From assembly GCA_004297215.1 (NCBI GenBank), contig SCUM01000002.1, positions 70,270-134,269 on the forward strand: 64,000 nucleotides of DNA, in the 5' to 3' direction. Under the pieces are notes generated by a model. It was not told the origin of the DNA, made no database searches, and saw only the letters and a list, made by a program, of their open reading frames with translations. Position numbers and translations under genes: made by a program. The number at the start of each line of letters is the position of its first letter. Position 1 is the first letter of the stretch. This document shows, piece by piece, positions 11,302 through 19,379 of this stretch. The stretch comes from Patescibacteria group bacterium. Lineage in GTDB: Bacteria > Patescibacteriota > Patescibacteriia > UBA9934 > GWF2-40-263.

Positions 11302-11769
11302 TTAACGGGCGAAGTGCGCGAAGGCGCGGTTGGCCTCGGCCATGCGCTGCACGTCCATCTTCTTCTTGACCGCGTCGCCCTCGCCCTTGGCCGCGGCGAT
11401 GAGCTCGTCGGCGAGTTTCTGGGCCATCGGGCGGCCCTTCTTTGCGTTGGTGGCCGCGAGGATCCAACGGTAGGCCAGCTGGTAGCGGCGTTCGCCGCGC
11501 ACGGGCATCGGCACCTGGTAGTTGGCGCCGCCCACGCGCTTGCTTTTCACCTCGAGGCTCGGCATGGCGTTCTTGAGCGCCTTGTCGAGGGTGTCGACCG
11601 GGTCCTGCTTGGACTTTTCCTGGATGAGCTCGAACGCCTCGTACACGACCGCCTGCGCCGTGGCCTTCTTGCCCTTGCGCATGATCATGTTGATGAGCTT
11701 GGAAACGTAAATGTTCCCGAACTTGGGGTCGGGAATCTGTTCGCGCTTTGGTGCCTGCTTGCCACGCAT
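11302..11769 (-). CDS. rpsG: 30S ribosomal protein S7
   Basis: RVGGANYQVP, MAEANRAFAHF. Confidence 0.99.
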   Translation of the reverse strand: MRGKQAPKREQIPDPKFGNIYVSKLINMIMRKGKKATAQAVVYEAFELIQEKSKQDPVDTLDKALKNAMPSLEVKSKRVGGANYQVPMPVRGERRYQLAYRWILAATNAKKGRPMAQKLADELIAAAKGEGDAVKKKMDVQRMAEANRAFAHFAR

Positions 11770-11837
11770 AGTGTTATTCGTTTGGGCCGGTTATAAGGCT
11801 TCCCCCTGCGTAGAGGTACTCCGGCTTGATTCATTTT

Positions 11838-11893
11838 CACGAGATCCTTCGGACCTGATGGTCCTCAGGATAATTCGGCCTAAGGCCGAATTA
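11838..11893 (-). repeat. 56-bp composite palindromic element beginning at rpsL stop codon
   Basis: TAATTCGGCCTTAGGCCGAATTA-TCCTGAG-GACC-ATCA-GGTC-CGAAGGATCTCGTG; homologous to 33875-33930. Confidence 0.85.
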
Positions 11894-12316
11894 CTTCTTT
11901 TCCTTGGGCTTCTTTTGTCCGTACAGCGAGCGGCCGCGGCGGCGATCGGCGACGCCCTGGGTGTCGTAACGCCCGCGCACCACGTGGTAGCGCACGCCCG
12001 GAAGGTCCTTCACGCGGCCTCCGCGCAGCATCACGATGGAGTGCTCCTGCAGGTTGTGGCCTTCGCCCGGGATGTACGCCGTGACCTCGATGCCGTTTGA
12101 GAGACGCACGCGGGCGATCTTGCGGATCGCCGAGTTCGGCTTCTTCGGGGTCATCGTGGTGACCTTCACGCACACCCCGCGGCGGAACGGGCTCCCCTTG
12201 GCGAGTTCGGTGCGGCGGCGGTGGAGCGAATCGAGCCCGAACTGCATGGCGGGAGACTTGCTCTTCGCCTTTTGGGAGTGACGCCCCTTGCGGATGAGTT
12301 GAGAGATGGTGGGCAT
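11891..12316 (-). CDS. rpsL: 30S ribosomal protein S12
   Basis: [25 protein letters not shown]. Confidence 0.99.
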   Translation of the reverse strand: MPTISQLIRKGRHSQKAKSKSPAMQFGLDSLHRRRTELAKGSPFRRGVCVKVTTMTPKKPNSAIRKIARVRLSNGIEVTAYIPGEGHNLQEHSIVMLRGGRVKDLPGVRYHVVRGRYDTQGVADRRRGRSLYGQKKPKEKK

Positions 12317-12375
12317 ATCGAAATAAAGATGCGCGAAGGTTAGCATGGCATCCCCGGAGCGTCAACCTATGCCCG

Positions 12376-13065
12376 TCACCGGGAAACGGCGCTCAACATC
12401 GCCCCAAAGAAGCCGCGGCAGTCCTCGGACAGCAGGAAATCACAGGCGGCCTGGGTGGGGATGTCCACGAAGAAGAACGGGTTGAACGGGGTGACCAGCG
12501 ACAGGACGACGAGCGCCATGAGGATCTGGGACCCGTACGTCCCCACGATCCGACGAAGCTCGAAATGCTTCGGGTGGTTGAACAGGACGAAGAACATCTT
12601 CGACCCGTCGAGCGGATGCACCGGGATGAAGTTGAAGAACGCGAGTCCCAGGTTGATGAACACGAGCAGGAACAGGAAGATGACCAGAAGGTTGAGCGAT
12701 GAGACGATCCCGCTCCAAACGAGGAGCCGGAGGACGAGCGCGGCGACCGTCGCGAGGATGAGGTTCGAGACCGGGCCCATGAGCGCGACGGCCACCTGGT
12801 CCCACTTGGCGTCCTTCAGGTTGTTGGGGTTGTACGGCACGGGCTTGGCCCAGCCGAACCCGACGAGCAGCAGCGACAGGAAGCCGATCGGGTCGATGTG
12901 GGACAACGGGTTCAGCGTGAGGCGCCCTTCCCACTCGGCCGTGCGGTCGCCGCGGAACTTGGCCATGAGCGCATGGCTGAACTCATGCACCGTGAGCGCC
13001 GCGAGGATGGCGGCGACCCACGCGAGCGCGATGGCCGGAGCGGCGGCGAGGAGGGTGAAGAGCAT
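12376..13065 (-). CDS. Site-2 protease family (peptidase M50)
   Basis: HEFSH, GWAKPVP, NFIPVHPLDG. Confidence 0.93.
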   Translation of the reverse strand: MLFTLLAAAPAIALAWVAAILAALTVHEFSHALMAKFRGDRTAEWEGRLTLNPLSHIDPIGFLSLLLVGFGWAKPVPYNPNNLKDAKWDQVAVALMGPVSNLILATVAALVLRLLVWSGIVSSLNLLVIFLFLLVFINLGLAFFNFIPVHPLDGSKMFFVLFNHPKHFELRRIVGTYGSQILMALVVLSLVTPFNPFFFVDIPTQAACDFLLSEDCRGFFGAMLSAVSR

Positions 13066-13077
13066 AGGAAGGCTATT

Positions 13078-14382
13078 TTACATCTTCACGCGCTCGATGC
13101 GGGCCCCGATGCCCTCGAGCTTTTCCTGAAGTCGCTCATATCCGCGGTCGAGGTGCTCGATGCCGGTGAGCGTGGAAGTGCCTTTGGCCACCAACGCGGC
13201 CACGACGAAGGCGAGACCGGCGCGGATGTCGGGGATGTCGACCGTGGCCGATACGAGCTCGCGCGGCCCCTGGATGACGGCGCTGTGGCGGTAGTTGCGC
13301 CCCTTGAACCGGCACGGGATCTCGCCCAGGCAGTTGCTGAACAAGGTGACGTCCGCGCCCATGCGCTTGAGCGCGTCGGTGTAGCCGAACCGCTCTTCCC
13401 ACACGGTCTCGTGCACGATGGACGTGCCCTTGGCCTGCGTGAGCACGGCGACGAGCGGCTGCTGCCAGTCCGTCATGAATCCAGGATGCGTGTCCGTCTC
13501 CAATTCTATCCCGCGCAGGTCCGACGTCCCGCGAAACCGTATGCCGTCATCCTGCACCTCGTATTCCCCGCCGATCTTCCGTACGGTGTTGAGGAAGGTG
13601 ATGAGATGCTCGTGCTGGGCTTCTCGCACGAAGATGTCGCCACGGGTCCCGAGCGCCATGCACGCGTAGCTTGCCGCCTCGATGCGGTCGGGCATCACCC
13701 GTTCTCGGCATCCGTGCAGCTTCTCTACCCCCACGATCTCGATGGAACGGTCGGCGCCCACCTGGATGATCGCCCCCATCTTCTGGAGCATCATGATGAG
13801 CTGCTGAACTTCGGGTTCCACCGCCGCGTTCGTGATGGTGGTGCGGCCCTTGGCGAGAACGCCGGCGAGCAAGGCGGTCTCCGTGGCGCCCACCGACGGG
13901 TACGGGAGGTCGATGCGCACGCCTCGCAACTTCCCCTTCAGGGCAGCCCGATACCCTTCGGGCGTCTGCTCGACGGTCGCACCCATCATCTCGAGCGTAT
14001 CCAGATGGAAATTGACCGGTCGCGGGCCGATCGCGTCCCCGCCGACGCGAGGGAGATACGCCTCGCCGGCACGATGCAGCAGCGGCGCGAGAGCGAGCAC
14101 GGAAATCCTATTCTTGCGCGATTGGCCCATCACGGAAGTCGATCGGATGTCCGACGTCTTCAGGCGCAACTCGTGGTCCCCCGTCCACGACGCTTCCGCG
14201 CCGATGGTCGTCACGATCTCACGCGTCAGTCCGGTCTCGTGCTGGCGCGGGACGTTTTCCAGTTCGACGGCCTCGTCCGTAAGCAAAGACGCGACCATCA
14301 GCTTGCTGGCCGCGTTCTTGGCTCCGGAGAGCGTCACTTCGCCTGTGAGCGGCACCCCGCCCTCGATACGAAAAGCGTCCAT
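13078..14382 (-). CDS. murA: UDP-N-acetylglucosamine 1-carboxyvinyltransferase
   Basis: SGAKNA, SVGATE, PDRIEA, PGFMTD, DIRAG, HLDRGYE. Confidence 0.97.
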   Translation of the reverse strand: MDAFRIEGGVPLTGEVTLSGAKNAASKLMVASLLTDEAVELENVPRQHETGLTREIVTTIGAEASWTGDHELRLKTSDIRSTSVMGQSRKNRISVLALAPLLHRAGEAYLPRVGGDAIGPRPVNFHLDTLEMMGATVEQTPEGYRAALKGKLRGVRIDLPYPSVGATETALLAGVLAKGRTTITNAAVEPEVQQLIMMLQKMGAIIQVGADRSIEIVGVEKLHGCRERVMPDRIEAASYACMALGTRGDIFVREAQHEHLITFLNTVRKIGGEYEVQDDGIRFRGTSDLRGIELETDTHPGFMTDWQQPLVAVLTQAKGTSIVHETVWEERFGYTDALKRMGADVTLFSNCLGEIPCRFKGRNYRHSAVIQGPRELVSATVDIPDIRAGLAFVVAALVAKGTSTLTGIEHLDRGYERLQEKLEGIGARIERVKM

Positions 14383-14474
14383 ACAATGGACGCTATCGTA
14401 CTGTTTTTTGGCGATAGGTCAAGCCTCGCGTTCGTGATCGCCGCATGCGCCCTCCCCCGCTCCTTATCCATGAA

Positions 14475-15188
14475 TCACTTCCCGTGTCGACGTTCGCGGG
14501 AGCGGTAGTCCTTGAGGGCGGCGAGGAAATCCTCTTCGCCGAAATCCGGGAACATCTTCTCCGAGAAATGGAGCTGCGCGTCGGCGATGTCCCACATCAT
14601 GAACCCGCCGCTCAAGTGCGGCTCCCCGCCCGTGCGGATCAGCAGGTCGACGGGAGGGAGGTCCTTGGTGAGCAGGTGCCGCTTGATGGTCTCGACATCA
14701 ACGCGGAGCGACGGATCCTTGCGGCCTTCTTCTACGATCTGCTCCACCGCTTGCGTCATCTCGCTGATGCCGTCGTAGCCGTCGAAAATGTTCAGCAGGT
14801 GCCGGTCGTTGGATTTCGTCTTCTCAATGACGCCCTCGATCGCCTTCACGAGGCTCGCCGGCTGGGATTCACGCCAGGACCCGAACGCCTGCACTCTCAC
14901 GCCATATTCATGCACCTCCGGCATCTCCTGGAGATCCAGAAAAAATTCCTCAAGCACCTTATACAGGAAGTCGATCTCGATTTTCGGACGGTTCGTGAGA
15001 TTCGAGACGGAGGCGACCCAGGCGGATACGCAATATACGCCCTCCTTGAAGGCGGCGTTCAGGATCGGCCGGAACCGGCGCGCGCCGGCGTCATGGCCTT
15101 CCCACGGGTTGAGGCCGTGCGCCTTGGCCCACCGGCGGTTGCCGTCGGGGATGATCGCGACATGACGCGGGGTTTGGTCGTCTGGCAT
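14475..15188 (-). CDS. uppS: Undecaprenyl diphosphate synthase
   Basis: HVAIIPDGNRRWA, DLLIRTGGE. Confidence 0.95.
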   Translation of the reverse strand: MPDDQTPRHVAIIPDGNRRWAKAHGLNPWEGHDAGARRFRPILNAAFKEGVYCVSAWVASVSNLTNRPKIEIDFLYKVLEEFFLDLQEMPEVHEYGVRVQAFGSWRESQPASLVKAIEGVIEKTKSNDRHLLNIFDGYDGISEMTQAVEQIVEEGRKDPSLRVDVETIKRHLLTKDLPPVDLLIRTGGEPHLSGGFMMWDIADAQLHFSEKMFPDFGEEDFLAALKDYRSRERRHGK

Positions 15189-15237
15189 ATCAGATTCATC
15201 GCGCGACCCTCCGCGTCGTTGCTCATCGAACGTTCTG

Positions 15238-15337
15238 TCGGGCTAGCGGGACTTGAACCCGCGGCCTCCCCCGACGCCCCTGATGGGGGTCGGGGCTCCG
15301 ACCTCCCCTCCGGGAGCGTCGGAGTTGCACCCCATGC
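15238..15337 (-). pseudogene. Duplicated 3' half of tRNA-Pro(GGG), interrupted by a 56-bp palindrome (15269-15324), no CCA
   Basis: 15238-15268 identical to 15350-15380 and 15325-15337 identical to 15381-15393. Confidence 0.85.
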
Positions 15338-15346
15338 TTCAAAATT

Positions 15347-15422
15347 TGGTCGGGCTAGCGGGACTTGAACCCGCGGCCTCTTGCACCCCATGCAAGCGCG
15401 CTACCAACTGCGCCATAGCCCG
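15347..15422 (-). tRNA. tRNA-Pro(GGG)
   Basis: 76-nt cloverleaf CGGGCTA...TAGCCCG-A-CCA; anticodon arm CTTGC-ATGGGGT-GCAAG. Confidence 0.97.
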
Positions 15423-15443
15423 ACCAAATTTTTAAGCATCCCG

Positions 15444-15547
15444 AGCGCGTACCAGGTCCGACGCGCTGATGCGGTCGGACCCCCGACCTCCCCCGACGCT
15501 CCGCTGCGGCGGAGGTCGGGGGAGCGTCGGGGCTGCGCCATAGCCCG
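15444..15547 (-). pseudogene. Duplicated 5' half of tRNA-Pro(GGG), D-loop interrupted by nested palindrome (15455-15532)
   Basis: CGGGCTATGGCGCAG [insert] TGGTACGCGCT compared with intact CGGGCTATGGCGCAGTTGGTAGCGCGCT. Confidence 0.8.
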
Positions 15548-15612
15548 ACACAAGGTTCGATGAGTCGCGTGAACTCTAGCCGAAAACGAAAAAATGGCCA
15601 AGGCCATGGCGC

Positions 15613-15773
15613 CTCGCCAGTCGATCGGACCATTCGCGGAAGGATCCGATACGGCTACGGCACGTCCGGGTCACGATGATGAGAGCTTGTCGGCCCACCA
15701 TGCACGTTCCCGTACGCCGGTTTCAGTCAGGGATGCGAAGTGATTCTGGAACGCATCCGATCGACTGGGAGAC
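15613..15773 (-). ncRNA. Rod-shaped RNA with central bubble, candidate 6S RNA
   Basis: 13-bp closing stem (15617-15629/15756-15768), apical stems whose G-U pairs favour the minus strand, upstream TTGCCA-16 bp-TACGGT. Confidence 0.5.
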
Positions 15774-15894
15774 TCCTACACCGTACCAGACCATCGAAGG
15801 CTGGCAAGCGTCGGAGCCGGACCATTATCCCCGAACTGTCCACGGAGTTATCCACATGGCATTTCATCGCTAAGACAAAGAAAAATCCCGACAG

Positions 15895-16419
15895 CTAGTG
15901 TCGGGAAAGCGGGATGGACGACTCGCTTAAGAGCGAGGAGAACGGGACGAGCATCACCGTGAGGCGCGCGGGCAGCCGTGCCGGATGGCCTTGCACGCGC
16001 GCGTACAGGTCGTCGAGCATTTCGGCGTGCGCGAGCATGCCCGGCAGGTCCTGGTCGTCCACCACCAGGTACACCGGATGTCCCGACTCGATCGCCTCGC
16101 ACAGGACGACGAGGAACAGGTCGAGGACGTCGCGACGCAGGCCGCTCCCGGCCGGGCTGACGGACTTCACGAGCTTGGCACGGGCACCGAGATACGCGCT
16201 GCGCGTGAAGGCCTGCGCCTTGGGGTACGCCTTGCGCAGGTCCGCGAGCGCCTGCTCCGACGTGGCGTCTGGACACAACAGGCGGAGGCCGGCTTTCGCG
16301 AGCGCGCGATCCGCGAGCAGCGACGCATCCTTCGCGATCCGGAGCACGCCGCGGCCGGACGCCTGCTCGTTCGTGAGGTCGCGCAACGAACAGCGCTTGG
16401 TAAAAAGGGCGATACGCAT
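15895..16419 (-). CDS. Hypothetical protein
   Basis: 174-aa ORF with GGAG SD upstream. Confidence 0.65.
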   Translation of the reverse strand: MRIALFTKRCSLRDLTNEQASGRGVLRIAKDASLLADRALAKAGLRLLCPDATSEQALADLRKAYPKAQAFTRSAYLGARAKLVKSVSPAGSGLRRDVLDLFLVVLCEAIESGHPVYLVVDDQDLPGMLAHAEMLDDLYARVQGHPARLPARLTVMLVPFSSLLSESSIPLSRH

Positions 16420-16486
16420 GTGTTTCTCCGTCTTCAGAGGTAGGTCGCGGCTTCTCCCCTGTGGAGCAGCCGCGATGGAACATCTG

Positions 16487-16515
16487 AAAAGCCACCGCGC
16501 GAGACGGTGGCTTTT
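16487..16515. terminator. Intrinsic terminator or attenuator hairpin
   Basis: AAAAGCCACCG...CGGTGGCTTTT. Confidence 0.75.
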
Positions 16516-16734
16516 GCATGTCAGCGTAAGAGTCCGTGGGCTCTACCTGTCATGTGCCACCGCGCTTCCCTTCCAATCAAAGGAGACGCAAACGACGCCG
16601 AGGCAAATGCCCGTCGTCATCGTCGCGTACATGTTGCTGGCGGTGGTTGCCATAACGATATCCATGCTAATCCCGCCCCAGAAGGGCGTCAAATGAAAAA
16701 CGACTTGCCTTGTGGACAAGTCGTCGTGCCGTCT

Positions 16735-17871
16735 TCAGTCGTCCCACTCTACGTGCCGGCACACGTGCCGATACATCTTGCGCCGCACGCCGCGATCCCG
16801 GGTGTCCACGCCGTAGATGGACGCGGGGAGCAGCCGTTCGATGGGCCCGCCCTCCGCCACGCCGCTCATGAACTCGTACATGAGGTGGTTCACGGTATCG
16901 GAGGCGTAGAGGCTGGAGAGGCTTCCCTCGAACGTCATGATCTGGATCTCATAGCGCCGTTTCTGCCAGCGCAGGAGCATCTTGATCATGCGGTGGTCGG
17001 GCGAAGAATGCGGGTTGCTCGCGTCCGCCGGATTGCCGCCAGCGAGGTTGTTCTCGACCTTGTCCACCGTCGCGTCGATGCGACCGGCGAACCGCTTGAG
17101 CGCCTCGCACGCCCCTTCCGCCTCCGCGACGTCCGGACAGATGAACCGGAATCCGAGGTGGTCGGTGAGGTCGAAGGGGTTGCGTCCCTTCGCGTGGCGG
17201 CTCCATTGCTTGAGCACGACGCGGAACGCCTTCTTCACGCGCGCGTCCATCGATGCCCGGAACCCGCCGACGATCCGGCACGGGAACTCGGTGCGCATGT
17301 GCATCTGGGCGATGGACGGCTCAAGCTCGCGGTCGATCGCGAGCTCCACCACGTGATGCGCCCGATGGATGCCATGCAGCGAGTCCACCACGAGGTCGAC
17401 GCTGCGTTCCTCGAACAGGAGCTCGCGCATCTTGGCGATCATCGCGCGCAGGTCCGCCTTCTTCTCCCGCAGCGGATACCGGCTCTCCTCGGCCTGCATG
17501 TCCACGCCGATGTCCGTGAGCGAGATGGCCTCGAACCGGCCTTGCCGCTGCAGCGTGCTGTGGCCGTACGTACGGGCCCACTGATAGCGCTCCCGCACGT
17601 CGTCGATGCTCTCGACCTCGGACTCGAACCCGAGCGTGCGCCAGTACTGCGACGGGAAGAAGGTCTTCACGAGCTCCTCCCGCGACTCGTACGCCTTCAC
17701 GGCGTTCGTCGCCGCGCCGTCGAGGTCCGCTTCGTCCCAATCGGCGAGCAGCGCGGTGCGCCACTCGACGGCTTCCTCGAACTGCTCCTTCGATTCGGAC
17801 AACCAGTCGCTCGATCGCTTCAACAGCTGAAGCCGTGTGGCCTCATCGACCAATTCCTGCCTCTCGCTCAT
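16735..17871 (-). CDS. Divergent RelA/SpoT-like nucleotidyltransferase-fold protein
   Basis: TDHLGFRFI, NPHSSPDHR and YEIQIMT motifs; GGAGGA SD before MSERQE. Confidence 0.7.
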   Translation of the reverse strand: MSERQELVDEATRLQLLKRSSDWLSESKEQFEEAVEWRTALLADWDEADLDGAATNAVKAYESREELVKTFFPSQYWRTLGFESEVESIDDVRERYQWARTYGHSTLQRQGRFEAISLTDIGVDMQAEESRYPLREKKADLRAMIAKMRELLFEERSVDLVVDSLHGIHRAHHVVELAIDRELEPSIAQMHMRTEFPCRIVGGFRASMDARVKKAFRVVLKQWSRHAKGRNPFDLTDHLGFRFICPDVAEAEGACEALKRFAGRIDATVDKVENNLAGGNPADASNPHSSPDHRMIKMLLRWQKRRYEIQIMTFEGSLSSLYASDTVNHLMYEFMSGVAEGGPIERLLPASIYGVDTRDRGVRRKMYRHVCRHVEWDD

Positions 17872-17966
17872 GCATCCTCCGCGAAACGGGAACCTACGGG
17901 CGGCCTGACGGTAGCGGACGAAACGAAAACGCGCAAGGCATGTTTCCCGCGCGTCCCGATGTCCCT

Positions 17967-18434
17967 TTAGACCCCCTCGCCGAACACGTAACGGTCGGTG
18001 ATCTTCTCGTAGCTGAACAGCTCGTCGTCCTTGAAGAAGCGCTTCACCTCGGCCAGGGCGGCCTCCGGGGAGTCGGAGGCATGCACCAGGTTGCTCGGCA
18101 CGTTCATGGACAGGTCGGCGCGGATGGTGCCGGCGTCGGCCTCGCGCGGGTTGGTGGAACCCACGATCTTGCGCACGCTCTCGATCGCGTCGAGCCCCTC
18201 GAGGATCATGGCGCACACCGGGGTCTGCATCATGAACTTCTTGAGCCCGGGGAAGAACCCCTTCTGCGCGAGGTGCGCGTAGTGCTCGTCGAGCAAATCG
18301 TCGGTAAGGTGGATGAACTTCATCGCGACGATCTTGAGCCCCTTGCGTTCGAAGCGCTGGATCACCTCGCCCAAGAGGTCGCGCTGGAGCGCGTCGGGCT
18401 TCACGAGGACGAGGGTTTTCTGGACAGCGGCCAT
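17967..18434 (-). CDS. ndk: Nucleoside diphosphate kinase
   Basis: TLVLVKPDA, GTIRAD, NLVHASDS. Confidence 0.97.
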   Translation of the reverse strand: MAAVQKTLVLVKPDALQRDLLGEVIQRFERKGLKIVAMKFIHLTDDLLDEHYAHLAQKGFFPGLKKFMMQTPVCAMILEGLDAIESVRKIVGSTNPREADAGTIRADLSMNVPSNLVHASDSPEAALAEVKRFFKDDELFSYEKITDRYVFGEGV

Positions 18435-18473
18435 AGCGCGGGAGTTCATTGCGCTGAAGCTACCACCCTGCGG

Positions 18474-19379
18474 CTAAAACGGCAAGGGGGCCGGTTCGAC
18501 GATCGGCTCGCCGCCGGAGCTGCGGATGAGGATGTCGCCTTGAAGGTCGGTGCGGAACGTCCCGATGCCGAGGTCGGCGAACCGCGCGAGCACTTCCTCG
18601 TGCGGGTGGCCATACGAATTCTTCGCACCGCAGGAGATGACCGCGACTTCCGGCGAAACGGCGGACAAAAGCGCGCGCGAAGACGAGGTGCGGCTACCGT
18701 GATGACCGGCCTTCAGCACGTCCACGTCGCCGACCTGCGCGGCATAGGCCACTTCCTCCTCGACTTCCGTGTCGGCGGTGAGCAGCACGCTCGTATCCCC
18801 GTAACGGACGAGCAGCACGATGCCGACGCGGTTCGTGTCGGAAACCGTCTTCCCGTCGAGCACGCCGTCGGGCCAGAGCACGTCGAACGTGACGCCGTCG
18901 ACCTTGAACGCGTCGCCGGCCTTCACGAGACGGCGCTGTGCCCCCTCGTCGCGGATTCCCTCCGAGAGCGCCGTCGCGACCCGCGTGTCCTTGATGAGCC
19001 CGGTCTCGTACACGGCCGCCACGTCGTAACGCGCGAGCACGGAAACGAGCCCGGCGACATGGTCGGAGTCCGGGTGCGTGGGGACGATCGCGTCGAGCGT
19101 GCGATCCGTGGGCGGCATCAGCTCCCCGAGCTTCGTGAGCACGGCGTTGCCCGGTCCGCCATCGACGAGGATTTGGCGCCCGTGCGGCGTCTCGATGAAG
19201 ACGGCGTCCCCTTGTCCCACGTCGAGCACCCATATGCGCAGATCGCCCGTCGAAGCCATGATCGGACGCCTGGCATCTGACACATACAATGCAAACGCGG
19301 CAGCACATGCGACGACGAGCGCACTAAACCCCGCGAGCGGAAACCATGTTGGGATCAAACGCTTCTCAAGCGACGCCAT
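18474..19379 (-). CDS. ComEC/Rec2-type metallo-beta-lactamase domain protein
   Basis: LDVGQGD, THPDSDH, GHHGS, NSYGHPH. Confidence 0.93.
   Translation of the reverse strand: MASLEKRLIPTWFPLAGFSALVVACAAAFALYVSDARRPIMASTGDLRIWVLDVGQGDAVFIETPHGRQILVDGGPGNAVLTKLGELMPPTDRTLDAIVPTHPDSDHVAGLVSVLARYDVAAVYETGLIKDTRVATALSEGIRDEGAQRRLVKAGDAFKVDGVTFDVLWPDGVLDGKTVSDTNRVGIVLLVRYGDTSVLLTADTEVEEEVAYAAQVGDVDVLKAGHHGSRTSSSRALLSAVSPEVAVISCGAKNSYGHPHEEVLARFADLGIGTFRTDLQGDILIRSSGGEPIVEPAPLPF

Noticed and set aside
15238-15268. Prophage or island att site at tRNA-Pro
   Set aside because: The duplicate is only ~80 bp away, includes both tRNA halves, and there is no integrase or cargo.
15848-15856. Replication origin
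   Set aside because: Isolated DnaA box with no cluster, no AT-rich unwinding element and no dnaA/dnaN nearby.
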